DNA from: Bdellovibrionales bacterium
Lineage (GTDB): Bacteria; Bdellovibrionota; Bdellovibrionia; Bdellovibrionales; UBA1609
NCBI GenBank assembly: GCA_023299885.1
Contig: JALZUS010000003.1
Coordinates: 1 to 56,005, forward strand
Length of the DNA stretch: 56,005 bases
Direction of reading: 5' to 3'
The number at the start of each line of letters is the position of its first letter. Positions within the stretch are counted from its first letter, which is position 1. Below the pieces are notes generated by a model, which was not told the origin of the DNA, did not search any database, and saw only the letters and a list, made by a program, of their open reading frames with translations. Below, piece by piece: positions 19,725-30,064 of the stretch. Position numbers and translations under genes: made by a program.

Positions 19725-20445
19725 CTACCATATCTTTACACCAATGCTCTGGACAAAAAAGAGTCCTATGGCCAATACCGCTTAGGTATTTAAATTTACC
19801 ATTTAATGATTTTTGCATTTTCTTATAAAGCTCAGTGTACTTTATGTCTTTATCACCACAAATCCAATGGTGCTTATCCAGCTGCTCTTTTGGAATAATA
19901 ATTTGAGCGGGCGACCATCTCTTAAAAGCTAAAGAGAGTTTATCTTTATTGTAGTTTTCAGATTTTCTTAATTGGAGATCATCATGTTTAAAAACATCAA
20001 GGGTCTGCCACTCCTCAAAAGCACTGTTAAAACCAGAGTCCCTAGAGAATTTATCAGCCCATATATTGTCCCAATTTTTTCTTTCTAAAACCAAGCCATC
20101 AACATCTTTCTCAGGGTAATGAAATTTAGAAATACCTGGATGAACCGACAATAAATGCATTGATTTTACAGGATGAACTCTTTCCTGATTCAACTTTAAA
20201 GCTAATCTTCCACCCATAGAATAACCTACGAAATGAATGGTCTCACTTTTTGAATTTTTAGAAATATACTGATTAAGCTCATTCCACGTGTTTAAGGGCG
20301 ACAACTGACTTTTTCGAGAAAAATAATCCATAAAAAGACATTGAGTTTCTTTAGCAAAGCCTGCCGGCAAGAGTCTTACCAGTAAATCCCAATCTGAAGG
20401 CTGACCCAGAAAACCTGGGAAAAAAACAATGCTTCTTTTAAACAT
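19699..20445 (-). CDS. menH: SHCHC synthase (alpha/beta hydrolase)
   Basis: GFLG...DW, GYSMGGRLAL, GDKD.KY, GH. Confidence 0.85.
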   Translation of the reverse strand: MFKRSIVFFPGFLGQPSDWDLLVRLLPAGFAKETQCLFMDYFSRKSQLSPLNTWNELNQYISKNSKSETIHFVGYSMGGRLALKLNQERVHPVKSMHLLSVHPGISKFHYPEKDVDGLVLERKNWDNIWADKFSRDSGFNSAFEEWQTLDVFKHDDLQLRKSENYNKDKLSLAFKRWSPAQIIIPKEQLDKHHWICGDKDIKYTELYKKMQKSLNGKFKYLSGIGHRTLFCPEHWCKDMVDGVLSSET

Positions 20446-21901
20446 GCAGACTATCCAAAAAGTTTATAGTTTGATTATTATCAATGACACATTCTATCAC
20501 TATAGCCTCTTCGTTATATTTTTTAAAACCCTCTGAGTCAGTGACTAAATGATAATCCATATTAAACATTTGAGCCCACGGCTTAAACGATAAGCTATGA
20601 TTATTTTCTAAACTTTCTAGTAATTTATTGTCTTTAAAAATTTTTGAAAAAATCTTGCCACCGCCATTATTAATAACAACAACTCTAAGCCTAACATTTT
20701 CTAAAGACTGATGAGCCCACAAAGCCTGCATGTCATACAGTGCCGACTGGTCTCCCACAACAACCCACAAATCCTTACCAGCTTCAGCACAACCCATAGC
20801 CGTAGAAATAAGCCCATCGATACCATTAGCACCCCTATTGGCATAAATTTTTTGTTTCTTTTTTGTTTCCGCAAAATCATCCCAATTTCTAATGACCATA
20901 CTGTTTCCTAAAAAAACAACAGAGTCCTCTGGAATAATACTTGATAAATAATAAATAAAACTGGGCTCTGCTAGAGGGTATTTCTCATAATTATAATTTA
21001 AGCTTTTAAGCCCATCGTTCACTCCATCATTAATTTCACCAGGAACATTTAAAGAACTTATTGGCCTAGCACTTTCTTTAATTCTAGATAAACCTGAAAA
21101 AATAGCCTTAGAAAAACTCTTTACTGGTAAGTTCGATTTCTCTAAGTCTCTCCATAGCCTGATAGTGGGCACCGAACCAATTCTTATAATGCTATCAAAT
21201 ACTGACTCAACGTAGCTTAAAGACAATTGGCTTGAGTGAATCTTTAATTGATTAATTTCTGGCTCACTCTTTAAATTTGAAGAGGACTCCAGATAAGACA
21301 TTAAATTATGTTTTTTTAAAAATAAAGCTACCGACTCTCGCTCATCATGAGTTAGAGCACCAACTATAACTAAAGGCTTTTTAAAGAAGCCTTCCGCACT
21401 CACTTTACTTACTACTTGCTTTGTTTTTTGACCAAGCAACGGCTCATCAAACCCAATATTAATATGAACTTGCCCGCTTAACTGATTAAGCTGAGTCTCG
21501 CCCTCTAAATCGTACTCATGAGTGGCAAAACCAGAAAACAAATGAGCTTGATCAATAGCCTGAGGCGCGCCAGAGCCTCTAAAGCTCTTAGGCCTATCAG
21601 CAGAAAGTATAATTATTGGAGTTGCACTATAGTAAGCCTCAATAAAAGCAGATAAACATTCAGAAACAGCAGTACCTGATGTAGTGACTACAACAGCAGG
21701 TTTATTAGTTTTTTTACCTAAACCCAAAGCAAAAAAGCTTGCACTTCTTTCGTCAAAAAAATGATGCGTGTTAATAGCTTCTGTAGATTCAATAACTGAA
21801 AGTAGCGGTGCGCAGCGCCCACCAGGACAAATCACAAAATCAGTTACACCAAAAGCAACAAGCTGATTAATAATTTTCTTTGAGGCCTCTAAATTTGTCA
21901 T
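20438..21901 (-). CDS. menD: SEPHCHC synthase
   Basis: CPGGR, DERSASFFALG, TTSGTA, SADRP, GAPQAIDQ, NRGANGIDG, NNGGG.IF. Confidence 0.95.
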   Translation of the reverse strand: MTNLEASKKIINQLVAFGVTDFVICPGGRCAPLLSVIESTEAINTHHFFDERSASFFALGLGKKTNKPAVVVTTSGTAVSECLSAFIEAYYSATPIIILSADRPKSFRGSGAPQAIDQAHLFSGFATHEYDLEGETQLNQLSGQVHINIGFDEPLLGQKTKQVVSKVSAEGFFKKPLVIVGALTHDERESVALFLKKHNLMSYLESSSNLKSEPEINQLKIHSSQLSLSYVESVFDSIIRIGSVPTIRLWRDLEKSNLPVKSFSKAIFSGLSRIKESARPISSLNVPGEINDGVNDGLKSLNYNYEKYPLAEPSFIYYLSSIIPEDSVVFLGNSMVIRNWDDFAETKKKQKIYANRGANGIDGLISTAMGCAEAGKDLWVVVGDQSALYDMQALWAHQSLENVRLRVVVINNGGGKIFSKIFKDNKLLESLENNHSLSFKPWAQMFNMDYHLVTDSEGFKKYNEEAIVIECVIDNNQTINFLDSLHV

Positions 21902-22968
21902 AACTCTTTCATTCCAATAGATTCTTTAACCGAGTTTCTTTTTAAAACAAGCTCTGTCCATTCTTTACCACAGTCACTCTGCTCTACAACCCCACACCCA
22001 GAGCCGATATAAAGCTGCCTCGAGTCCCATTGCAAATTTCTAATAGCAACTGCTATCTCCAGACTATCCTCAAGCAAGACGCCAAAGGGAGCTCCATAAA
22101 TTTCTCTATCTAGCTTTTGTCTTATTTTTTTCATTTCAGGCTTCCAAGATTCTACTCTTGGAAACAAGCCTAAGGCAGCTGTAGGATGTAATGATTTTAT
22201 CATGGAGCCGACAAGATCTTCATATTTTTTTTTGCTACCCAACTGATTATTTAGCTGGTTACCTAACCCACTATCTAATTGAGCCGAAATCAAAGTCTTT
22301 AAGTGCTTTAAAGACTTTAAAACAACTTCTTTGGTTTGTGATGTTTCTATTTTATTCGCAACAGCACTTAGTTGTCTTTTTATATCCTCAACAACAAGGC
22401 CATGCTCGTGCATCTCTTTAGCATCTTCTAATAGATTCTTACTAGAGTCTGCAGAGGCCGTACCCGCCAAAGCCATAGTTTCAAAACAATTATCTTCTAT
22501 TTTAAATAAAACTTCAGGCGTATAACCAATAATACCTTTTTGTTGATCCCAAAAACCATATAAAGAACCCTCATGCTTTAAAGAGAGTAAACTAAACAAG
22601 CAAGATGAAAGCTCGTCAGCAAGCAAAGGCCTCATAGAGGTTTCATAGACGATAGGAACCATTTTATCAAAATTAGATTTTTTTATTTTTTCAAAATACT
22701 GATTAAAAATTTTCTTTTCAGGTAGCAACCAATCTCGTACTGGGTTTATTTCTTTTAACTTTTTTCGAAGATCAGACTTATCTAATATAATATTATTCTC
22801 ATAGTTAACAAAAGGCGACGCCTCTTCGAGATAAAAATCAGTATGATAGTAGCTTGGATAACTCTTGATTTTTGAACTTTTCACAGCTTGCCCCCAGGAG
22901 ATAATCACCTTTGGACTTCCCGCTTTGGAAAAAATAGCTCCTGAATTCAAAAATTTATTAACATCCAA
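21898..22968 (-). CDS. menF: Isochorismate synthase
   Basis: TPE, MALAGT, KE.HEH.LVV, LHPTAALG, VAIR, GCGVV..S..EW.E. Confidence 0.9.
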   Translation of the reverse strand: MDVNKFLNSGAIFSKAGSPKVIISWGQAVKSSKIKSYPSYYHTDFYLEEASPFVNYENNIILDKSDLRKKLKEINPVRDWLLPEKKIFNQYFEKIKKSNFDKMVPIVYETSMRPLLADELSSCLFSLLSLKHEGSLYGFWDQQKGIIGYTPEVLFKIEDNCFETMALAGTASADSSKNLLEDAKEMHEHGLVVEDIKRQLSAVANKIETSQTKEVVLKSLKHLKTLISAQLDSGLGNQLNNQLGSKKKYEDLVGSMIKSLHPTAALGLFPRVESWKPEMKKIRQKLDREIYGAPFGVLLEDSLEIAVAIRNLQWDSRQLYIGSGCGVVEQSDCGKEWTELVLKRNSVKESIGMKEL

Positions 22969-23075
22969 AATAAGCTCTCCTGCTTCAGTTTAATAATAGT
23001 ACTATTTGAGAATAAATTCTACGACTAAACCCTATTATCCTTGCTTGCCTTCTCTGTTCATAATAAAAAACACCT

Positions 23076-23870
23076 ATGAGTAAAAAGACAACGACCTTTA
23101 AATTAGGAAATACCACAATCGGAGATGGAAATTTTGCAGTTATTGCAGGGCCTTGTTCAATTGAATCTGAAGAGCAATTACTATCAACAGCTCAATTTGT
23201 TAAAGAGCATGGAGCTTGTGGCCTAAGAGGTGGAGTTTACAAACTAAGAACTCGCCCCGGCACTTTTCAAGGACTAGGACAAGAAGCCTATAATTACGTA
23301 AAAGTAGCTAAAGAAAAAACTAAGCTTCCATTTGTCGCAGAAATTACGGACCCAAGACAAGTGAGTGAGCTTTATGAAGTTTGTGATATGTTTCAGGTCG
23401 GCGCTCGCAATATGCACAACTATGCTCTTTTAAAAGAGCTTGGTAAAATTGACAAACCTGTACTTTTAAAACGAGGATTTGCAGGGCTTATTTCTGAATG
23501 GATTTACGCTGCAGAATATATCCGCATTGAAGGCAATAACAGCGTTGCTCTTTGTGAGCGTGGCATTCGAACTTTTGAAACGGCCTATAGAAATACTTTT
23601 GATATTAATGCCATCGCCTATATAAAAAAACATTCAGACCTCCCTATTATTGCAGATACTTCACATGGGACTGGCGAGCGTGAACTCGTTAGCCCTGTAG
23701 CCTTGGGTGCACTAGCTGCAGGAGCTGACGGGCTGATTGTTGAAGTTCACCCCAATCCAAGTGTTGCAAAGTCAGATAAAGACCAAGCTTTAACATTTGA
23801 TGACTTTAAAACTTTAATGAGTAATCTAAACACAATAGCCAAAGCCATGGGTAAAGAAATTACTTTATAA
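23076..23870 (+). CDS. DAHP synthase type I-beta (catalytic domain only)
   Basis: IAGPCSIES, GG.YK.RT, QVGARNM.N, LLKRG, CERGIRTFE, D.SH.TG, EVHP.P, SD..Q. Confidence 0.93.
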   Translation: MSKKTTTFKLGNTTIGDGNFAVIAGPCSIESEEQLLSTAQFVKEHGACGLRGGVYKLRTRPGTFQGLGQEAYNYVKVAKEKTKLPFVAEITDPRQVSELYEVCDMFQVGARNMHNYALLKELGKIDKPVLLKRGFAGLISEWIYAAEYIRIEGNNSVALCERGIRTFETAYRNTFDINAIAYIKKHSDLPIIADTSHGTGERELVSPVALGALAAGADGLIVEVHPNPSVAKSDKDQALTFDDFKTLMSNLNTIAKAMGKEITL

Positions 23871-23882
23871 AAAGAGGAATGA

Positions 23883-24590
23883 ATGAAACACACAGAGCCA
23901 AAACCAGAAAAAGTACAAAATTTATTTGGAAGCATTGCAAAAACTTATGATACAGCTAACGATGCTATGACTTTTGGAATGGCTAGGCTTTGGAGAAGAA
24001 AACTAGTGAAAGTTTCTGGCGCCAAACAAGGTGACTCTATCTTAGATTGTGCTACAGGCACAGGCGACCTAGCTATTGATTTTAAAAAAGTTGTTAAAGA
24101 AGGGGCTGTAATAGGATCTGACTTTTCTCCTGAAATGCTTTCTTTTGCTGGCCCTAAAGCGAAAAAACAAAATTTAGATATTTTATTTGAAATTGCCGAC
24201 GCCACACAACTTAAGTACTCATCACAACAGTTTGATATAACAAGTATCGCTTACGGCATAAGAAATGTAGGCAGCCTAGAAAAGGCCTTTTCAGAATTAG
24301 CCCGCGTTACTAAACCTGGTGGCAAGGTAATGATTTTAGAAACAGGTACGCAAAAAAACCCAATAGTACGTACTCTTATTTCTTTATATTTCACAAAAAT
24401 AGTACCTATTATTGGAGGCCTTATATCTAAAGAGAAGTGGGCTTACGATTACCTTAATGACACCTCTAGAAATTTCCCCGGAGGAGAAGACTTTGCTCAA
24501 CTCTTAAGAGAGACCCAGCTTTTTTCTGAAGTAAAATGTAAAACTCTTATGCTGGGTGCCAGCTATATTTACACTGGCGTAGTAAAATAA
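23883..24590 (+). CDS. menG: Demethylmenaquinone methyltransferase (MenG/UbiE)
   Basis: F.SIA..YD..ND.M.FG, LDCATGTGD, DFS..ML, YGIRNV, AYDYL. Confidence 0.92.
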   Translation: MKHTEPKPEKVQNLFGSIAKTYDTANDAMTFGMARLWRRKLVKVSGAKQGDSILDCATGTGDLAIDFKKVVKEGAVIGSDFSPEMLSFAGPKAKKQNLDILFEIADATQLKYSSQQFDITSIAYGIRNVGSLEKAFSELARVTKPGGKVMILETGTQKNPIVRTLISLYFTKIVPIIGGLISKEKWAYDYLNDTSRNFPGGEDFAQLLRETQLFSEVKCKTLMLGASYIYTGVVK

Positions 24591-24689
24591 ACCTTCTATA
24601 TAAAAAATAAATTCACATATAGTATATTTTTAATAACCTCTACTTAACTATCATAGGTCTATTTATTTGATTTGCATCTTAGACTCTCT

Positions 24690-25913
24690 ATGAAACAAAT
24701 CATTATACTCCTGCTACTTCTTAGCCCATTACAATCTGTCGCTAAAGACTACTTTATCACCCAAGGCGAAAGCCTCTACCTACCCGTATCGCCCTCGTCA
24801 CGTATTATAGTAGGTAATAGTAATATTATTAGCATTAAAGACTTGGGCAGTAAGATAAAAATATCAACCAAGAAAAAAGGCTTTTCAGCTTTAAAAATTG
24901 GGCTAAAAAGCCATAATGTTTATAGCGTAAATACCTTAGAAAAAGATCTTTACTATAAGCTACAAGAACTCATGAAAACCTTTAAGGGCTTAAAACTTAA
25001 AATGCTTAACAAAGAAGTCACTATTGAAGGAAAACTACTAAGGGTTTCTGATTATATTAACATTAAAGACCTAGCTGCTACTTCAAAACAGCCTTTACGT
25101 TGGAGGGCAAGGCCTCATAAAAATATCATTAAACCCTTTAATAAATACATTAAAAATGAACTTTTAAAATTTGGAATTGAAGCTCACTCTATTGAAAATG
25201 GTGCTGATGTATACCTACATAAAGACTATAAAAAATTGAGCCTTGAAAAGAAACTGCCTGGCATAAATTTTTATTACCTTAGCCACACACCCAAGCTTAG
25301 TAAAAAAATTAAAACAAAACTCTATTTTTTAGAAATGAGTCGATCGGCACAAAAAAAGCTAGGTGTTAACTGGGAGCAAAGTTTAAAAAAACAGCTATCG
25401 CCAACAACGACTACTACTGGTGCTCTTACCGCTTTTATCAGCGCACTTGAAGATACTGGCAATGGTCAGCTTTTAGCTAAACCTCACATTATTACAAATT
25501 CTGGAACCCAAGGTCAGTTTTTAGCTGGTGGCGAATTCCCAATTAGAAGCTACAATAGTGAAAACTCAGGAAGCATCAGTTGGAAGACTTACGGCATACA
25601 GCTTAATATCACTCCAACATATTATAAAAATAAAATTCATATAGATATTCATTCTGAAACCTCTAACATTGATCCAAGCACTAGTATTGATGGCATACCG
25701 GGCCTTAAAACTAATAAAGTCACGTCCACTATCACCCTTAAGAATAAAGCCATTAGTGTTTTATCTGGCGTTTATAAATTAGAGCATATGGAAGGTGTTA
25801 AACAAATACCCATCCTAAGCAATTTGCCCATACTCGGAGAACTCTTTAAAAGCCATACCTTCATGAAGCGTGAAAGCGACCTTGTCATTTTAGTGCAAGC
25901 AGAGGTTTTATGA
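24690..25913 (+). CDS. Tad/Flp pilus secretin (CpaC/RcpA-like)
   Basis: Signal peptide; LLAKP, FLAGGEFPI, W..YGI.L.ITP, IPILSNLPILGELFKS. Confidence 0.85.
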   Translation: MKQIIILLLLLSPLQSVAKDYFITQGESLYLPVSPSSRIIVGNSNIISIKDLGSKIKISTKKKGFSALKIGLKSHNVYSVNTLEKDLYYKLQELMKTFKGLKLKMLNKEVTIEGKLLRVSDYINIKDLAATSKQPLRWRARPHKNIIKPFNKYIKNELLKFGIEAHSIENGADVYLHKDYKKLSLEKKLPGINFYYLSHTPKLSKKIKTKLYFLEMSRSAQKKLGVNWEQSLKKQLSPTTTTTGALTAFISALEDTGNGQLLAKPHIITNSGTQGQFLAGGEFPIRSYNSENSGSISWKTYGIQLNITPTYYKNKIHIDIHSETSNIDPSTSIDGIPGLKTNKVTSTITLKNKAISVLSGVYKLEHMEGVKQIPILSNLPILGELFKSHTFMKRESDLVILVQAEVL

Positions 25914-27010
25914 GTATTGATAAACAGCGCAAAGCTTATAACGAGTTAAATAATGAAATAAATAAAACAAGCCCATCTGTTTTTTCAAATTTTGAAAAAT
26001 TCAAAAGCTCTGAAATACTTATAAAACAAAATATTAATAAAATTTCTAAAAATTATGACGATAAAACTATCGCAGCTATTTCTCGCGAAAGCCTTGGCTA
26101 TGGCCCACTAGAGGGTTTAATTGATAACCCAGATATTACAGAGATTATAATTAATAGTTATAATGAGATTTTTTTTGAAAATGATAGAAAATTTGAAAAA
26201 CATTCTCAAGTTTTCTCAACACCAGAAAGCTACTTGCAATTTATCAGAACACTTTCTTCTGAAGCTAATATAAAACATGACATCAATACGCCTTTTAGCA
26301 ATGGGCAGTGGCAAAATTTTAGGGTGCACTTAATTGCACCTCCACTAGCAGCAAACACACAACTTACCTTAAGGCGCATCAAAGAAAACGGCTGGGACTT
26401 AGAAAGCCTTATAAATAACAGCCTTATGACAGCACCACAGGCTGAAAAGTTAAAAACATTCTATAAAGATAAAAAAAGCTTACTTATTATTGGCCCGACA
26501 GGCACAGGCAAAACCTCACTTGTTAATTCGCTACTTAAGCTCTCAAAACCTTTAGAACGTATAGTTTGCCTTGAAGATACCGACGAAATTAAATTACCAA
26601 ACACATTATCCACAAAGTTACTCACAAGAATGGATCTCCATAAAAGGCTTCAAGATTTTGAGCTTTCTGATCTCATTATTCAATCGTTAAGAATGCGGCC
26701 AGACAGGCTTATATTAGGCGAAGTCAGGGGCAAAGAAGCAAAAGATTTATTAATGACATTCTCTACAGGGCACAAAGGCGGTATAGCTACCTTGCATGCT
26801 GAAAACCCCAAGCAAGCTTTATGGCGCCTAGAAATGTTAGTACAAATGGGCGCCCCTTCATGGAGCAATGATGGCATTAGACGGCTTATTAAACTGGGCA
26901 TAGATTATGTTATTACCCTAGGCTTTGAGGGCAATAAGCGAAAGCTTACTGGCATCCATAAAATACAAAGCCTAGAACCAACAGGATTTTTATTTAAAAA
27001 TGAAACTTAA
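25910..27010 (+). CDS. Tad pilus assembly ATPase (CpaF/TadA)
   Basis: GYGPLEGLI...ITEIIIN, GPTGTGKT, LEDTDE, LRMRPDRLILGEVRG.EA, TGHKGGIATLHA. Confidence 0.9.
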   Translation: MSIDKQRKAYNELNNEINKTSPSVFSNFEKFKSSEILIKQNINKISKNYDDKTIAAISRESLGYGPLEGLIDNPDITEIIINSYNEIFFENDRKFEKHSQVFSTPESYLQFIRTLSSEANIKHDINTPFSNGQWQNFRVHLIAPPLAANTQLTLRRIKENGWDLESLINNSLMTAPQAEKLKTFYKDKKSLLIIGPTGTGKTSLVNSLLKLSKPLERIVCLEDTDEIKLPNTLSTKLLTRMDLHKRLQDFELSDLIIQSLRMRPDRLILGEVRGKEAKDLLMTFSTGHKGGIATLHAENPKQALWRLEMLVQMGAPSWSNDGIRRLIKLGIDYVITLGFEGNKRKLTGIHKIQSLEPTGFLFKNET

Positions 27011-28791
27011 TCTTTTTTAATAGTCCTAATGCCTAACTCTAACAATTGATCACGGTCTACCGCGCTTGGCGCCGAACTCATCAAACAAGTAGCTTTAGCT
27101 GTTTTAGGGAAAGCAATTACGTCGCGGATAGCGTCTGTGTCACATAAAATCATAACAAGCCTATCCAAGCCCCATGCAATACCACCATGTGGAGGCGTTC
27201 CATAGCTTAAAGCCTCAATAAAGAAACCAAATTTCTCTTTAGCTTCATCTTCTGTTAAGCCTAACGATTTAAAAATAGCCTTTTGTTGATCTTGCTGATG
27301 GATACGAATACTTCCGCCCGCAATCTCATGGCCATTACAAACTAAATCATAAGCCTTAGCTTTTAAATCATGAAAATTCTTAGTGTTATTAGCAACTAAG
27401 TCACCTGCAGAGTCTGCATCAGGAGCTGTAAACGGATGGTGACAAGCGACCCAGCGGCCTTCATCTGGCGCATAATCAAATAACGGAAAGCTTGTGACCC
27501 AGCAAAAAGAGTCTTCAACTCCTTCTGTAACTTTTAACTCTTTACCCAAATGGCTTCTTAAAAACCCTAATGAATTTAAACAAGTTAATTTATCATCAGC
27601 CACTATTAAAGCCGCTCCAGATTTTTCAACACCACAAGCCTTTAAAACTTCCTTTAGCTTATCTTCACTAAAAAACTTAGAAACTGGAGACTGTAGTTTT
27701 CCGCTTTCATCAATTTTAATCCACACCAAACCTTTAGCACCCATTTGCTTGGCACTTGCTGTTAATTTATCAAACTGAGTACGGCTGTAGTGACCTATAC
27801 CCTCTACCCCAAAACCCTTAATGTAAGCGCCTCTTGAGATAACATCTGAAAATACTTTGAAGTCTGTGCCTTCAAAATTAGGCTTTAAATCAATAAGCTT
27901 CCAAGGAATTCTTAAGTCAGGCCTATCAGATCCATAATCTTCCATAACGTCGTCATACTTATAGATAGGAACCTTAGGGATATCTTTACCTTTAAATTCT
28001 TTCCATAGTTTTTTTAATAACTTTTCGTTAACAGCCATCACATCGTCTTCATCGACAAAGCTCATTTCAATATCTATTTGGCTAAACTCTGGCTGGCGAT
28101 CTGCACGCAAATCTTCGTCACGAAAACAACGAGCAATCTGAAAATATTTATCAAAACCAGAAATCATTAATAACTGTTTTAAAGTTTGCGGGCTCTGAGG
28201 AAGTGCATAAAAATCGCCATGGTTAACTCTTGAAGGCACCAAGTAATCACGCGCGCCTTCTGGAGTGCTTTTATAAAGTATAGGTGTTTCAATTTCTAAA
28301 AAGTCTTCTTCTGTTAAAAACTGCCTCACCATTTGCATCGTTTTATGGCGAGTAATCATATGTGATTGTAATTTTTTAGAGCGTAACTCTAAGTATCTAT
28401 ATTTTAATTTTAAACTCTCAGTTACCTTTTCATCACTAATTTGAAACGGAGTTGTTTCAGCAGCAGATAAAATATCAAATTCTTCTGCTATAATTTCTAT
28501 AGCACCTGTTGGTATTTTTTTATTTTCCATGCCCTCCGGCCTCTTATTGACCTTGCCTTTAAGAGCCACAACATACTCAGTCCTGACATCTTTTGCCGAA
28601 GCTTGAGCCGCTTGCTGAGGGTCAAGAACCACCTGCACTATACCTTCTCTGTCTCTAAGGTCTATAAAAACCAGGCCACCATGATCACGCCTTGTATCCA
28701 CCCAACCCATAAGGACAACAGTTTCGCCGGCATTATCTGCTGCAAGCCTGCCGCAATAATGAGTTCTTTTTTCTTTAGATACAAAGTTCAC
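27007..28791 (-). CDS. aspS: Aspartate--tRNA ligase, probably non-discriminating (Asp/Asn)
   Basis: RTHYCG, RRDHGG, ALPQSPQ, FRDEDLRADRQPEF, GLDR, VIAFPKT; GTG 28791 follows an AAGGAG RBS. Confidence 0.97.
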   Translation of the reverse strand: MNFVSKEKRTHYCGRLAADNAGETVVLMGWVDTRRDHGGLVFIDLRDREGIVQVVLDPQQAAQASAKDVRTEYVVALKGKVNKRPEGMENKKIPTGAIEIIAEEFDILSAAETTPFQISDEKVTESLKLKYRYLELRSKKLQSHMITRHKTMQMVRQFLTEEDFLEIETPILYKSTPEGARDYLVPSRVNHGDFYALPQSPQTLKQLLMISGFDKYFQIARCFRDEDLRADRQPEFSQIDIEMSFVDEDDVMAVNEKLLKKLWKEFKGKDIPKVPIYKYDDVMEDYGSDRPDLRIPWKLIDLKPNFEGTDFKVFSDVISRGAYIKGFGVEGIGHYSRTQFDKLTASAKQMGAKGLVWIKIDESGKLQSPVSKFFSEDKLKEVLKACGVEKSGAALIVADDKLTCLNSLGFLRSHLGKELKVTEGVEDSFCWVTSFPLFDYAPDEGRWVACHHPFTAPDADSAGDLVANNTKNFHDLKAKAYDLVCNGHEIAGGSIRIHQQDQQKAIFKSLGLTEDEAKEKFGFFIEALSYGTPPHGGIAWGLDRLVMILCDTDAIRDVIAFPKTAKATCLMSSAPSAVDRDQLLELGIRTIKKD

Positions 28792-28845
28792 AGTACACTC
28801 CTTAGACATATTGAAAATTAAGACCACATGAGGTTATAATGACCC

Positions 28846-29148
28846 ATGCCAAAAATCAATTTATCTCATAGTTCAAAACTCAGTCCAGAAGAAGCTTTTG
28901 AAAAAGTTTGCTGCATTATCGAAGAAGACAAACAACTCAAAAGCCTAGACTCTGGTTATCAGTGTGATTTCAACAAAAAGAAGCTCTGCGGAAGTGCCAA
29001 GAGCAAATTTTTCAAAGCAGACCTATCTGTTACTGAGTCTAAGTCCGGTAGTGATATTGAAATCATTATAGACCTTCCAATGAAATTTGCCCTTGCTAAG
29101 GGAATGATCACAAAAACCCTACAAAACAAGATGAAGTCAGTGCTATAA
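28846..29148 (+). CDS. Small protein resembling the 'polyhydroxyalkanoic acid system' (PHA_gran_rgn) family
   Basis: 100 aa; MPKI...H.S.L..EEA N-terminus and IDLP..F...KG.I C-terminal pattern. Confidence 0.6.
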   Translation: MPKINLSHSSKLSPEEAFEKVCCIIEEDKQLKSLDSGYQCDFNKKKLCGSAKSKFFKADLSVTESKSGSDIEIIIDLPMKFALAKGMITKTLQNKMKSVL

Positions 29149-29158
29149 AGAGGTCGTA

Positions 29159-30064
29159 ATGACCAGCGACGACAAGAAATCAAAAAAACCAAAGATGCCT
29201 GCCATTAAAGAAAAGGCATTAAGTGTAACGGACCCCCTGGGCCGATACATGGCTGAGGTTAAAAAATACCCCCTCCTTTCAAAAGAAGAAGAAAAGCGCC
29301 TAGCACTACTTTTTTATGATGAAGGCGATCAGTCAGCCGCCGAGCAGCTAGTGACTGCTAATTTACGCTTCGTTGTAAAGATTGCTGCTGAGTATTCTAA
29401 GTTTGGAAATAAGATGATCGACCTCATACAAGAGGGCAATATGGGCCTCATGCATGGGGTTAGACAATACAACCCCTATAATGGTGCCCGCCTTATAACT
29501 TATGCTGTTTGGTGGATACGCGGCTACATTCAAGAATACCTCATGAAGCAACACTCTATGGTTAGAGTTGGGACCACGGCCAACCAAAGAAAGCTTTTTT
29601 ATCAATTACGCAAACAAAAAGAAGAGCTAGAGCGACTTGGTTTTGATGCTGGTGTAAAAAAATTAAGTGGCCAACTTGGGATTTCTGAAAAAGAAGTTTC
29701 TGAAATGACTCAAAGAATGTCTGGTGGCGACATCAGTCTTAACAAACCCATTAATCAAGATGGGACAACAACTCTGATCGAGCTTCAGCAAGATGAATAT
29801 CAGTCACAAGCTGACGATCAGCTGGGGAATAAAGAAGAAATACAGCAATTAAGAGAAAGCATTAACAGCATTAAAGATCAGCTGAATGCTCGTGAAATTG
29901 AATTATTAAATGATAGGCTACTTTCAGACTCACCAAAAACTTTAAAAGTGATTGGCGATAAATATGGAGTGTCACGAGAGGCGGTTCGCCAAATGGAAGC
30001 TCGCCTTCTTAAAAAAATTAAAGCTAAGCTTCATGAAGCCTTAGACATAGACTCAGGAAATTGA
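29159..30064 (+). CDS. rpoH: RNA polymerase sigma-32 factor
   Basis: LVTANLRFVVKIA, DLIQEGNMGLM, YAVWWIR, RpoH-box-like QRKLFYQLR, SREAVRQME. Confidence 0.92.
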   Translation: MTSDDKKSKKPKMPAIKEKALSVTDPLGRYMAEVKKYPLLSKEEEKRLALLFYDEGDQSAAEQLVTANLRFVVKIAAEYSKFGNKMIDLIQEGNMGLMHGVRQYNPYNGARLITYAVWWIRGYIQEYLMKQHSMVRVGTTANQRKLFYQLRKQKEELERLGFDAGVKKLSGQLGISEKEVSEMTQRMSGGDISLNKPINQDGTTTLIELQQDEYQSQADDQLGNKEEIQQLRESINSIKDQLNAREIELLNDRLLSDSPKTLKVIGDKYGVSREAVRQMEARLLKKIKAKLHEALDIDSGN

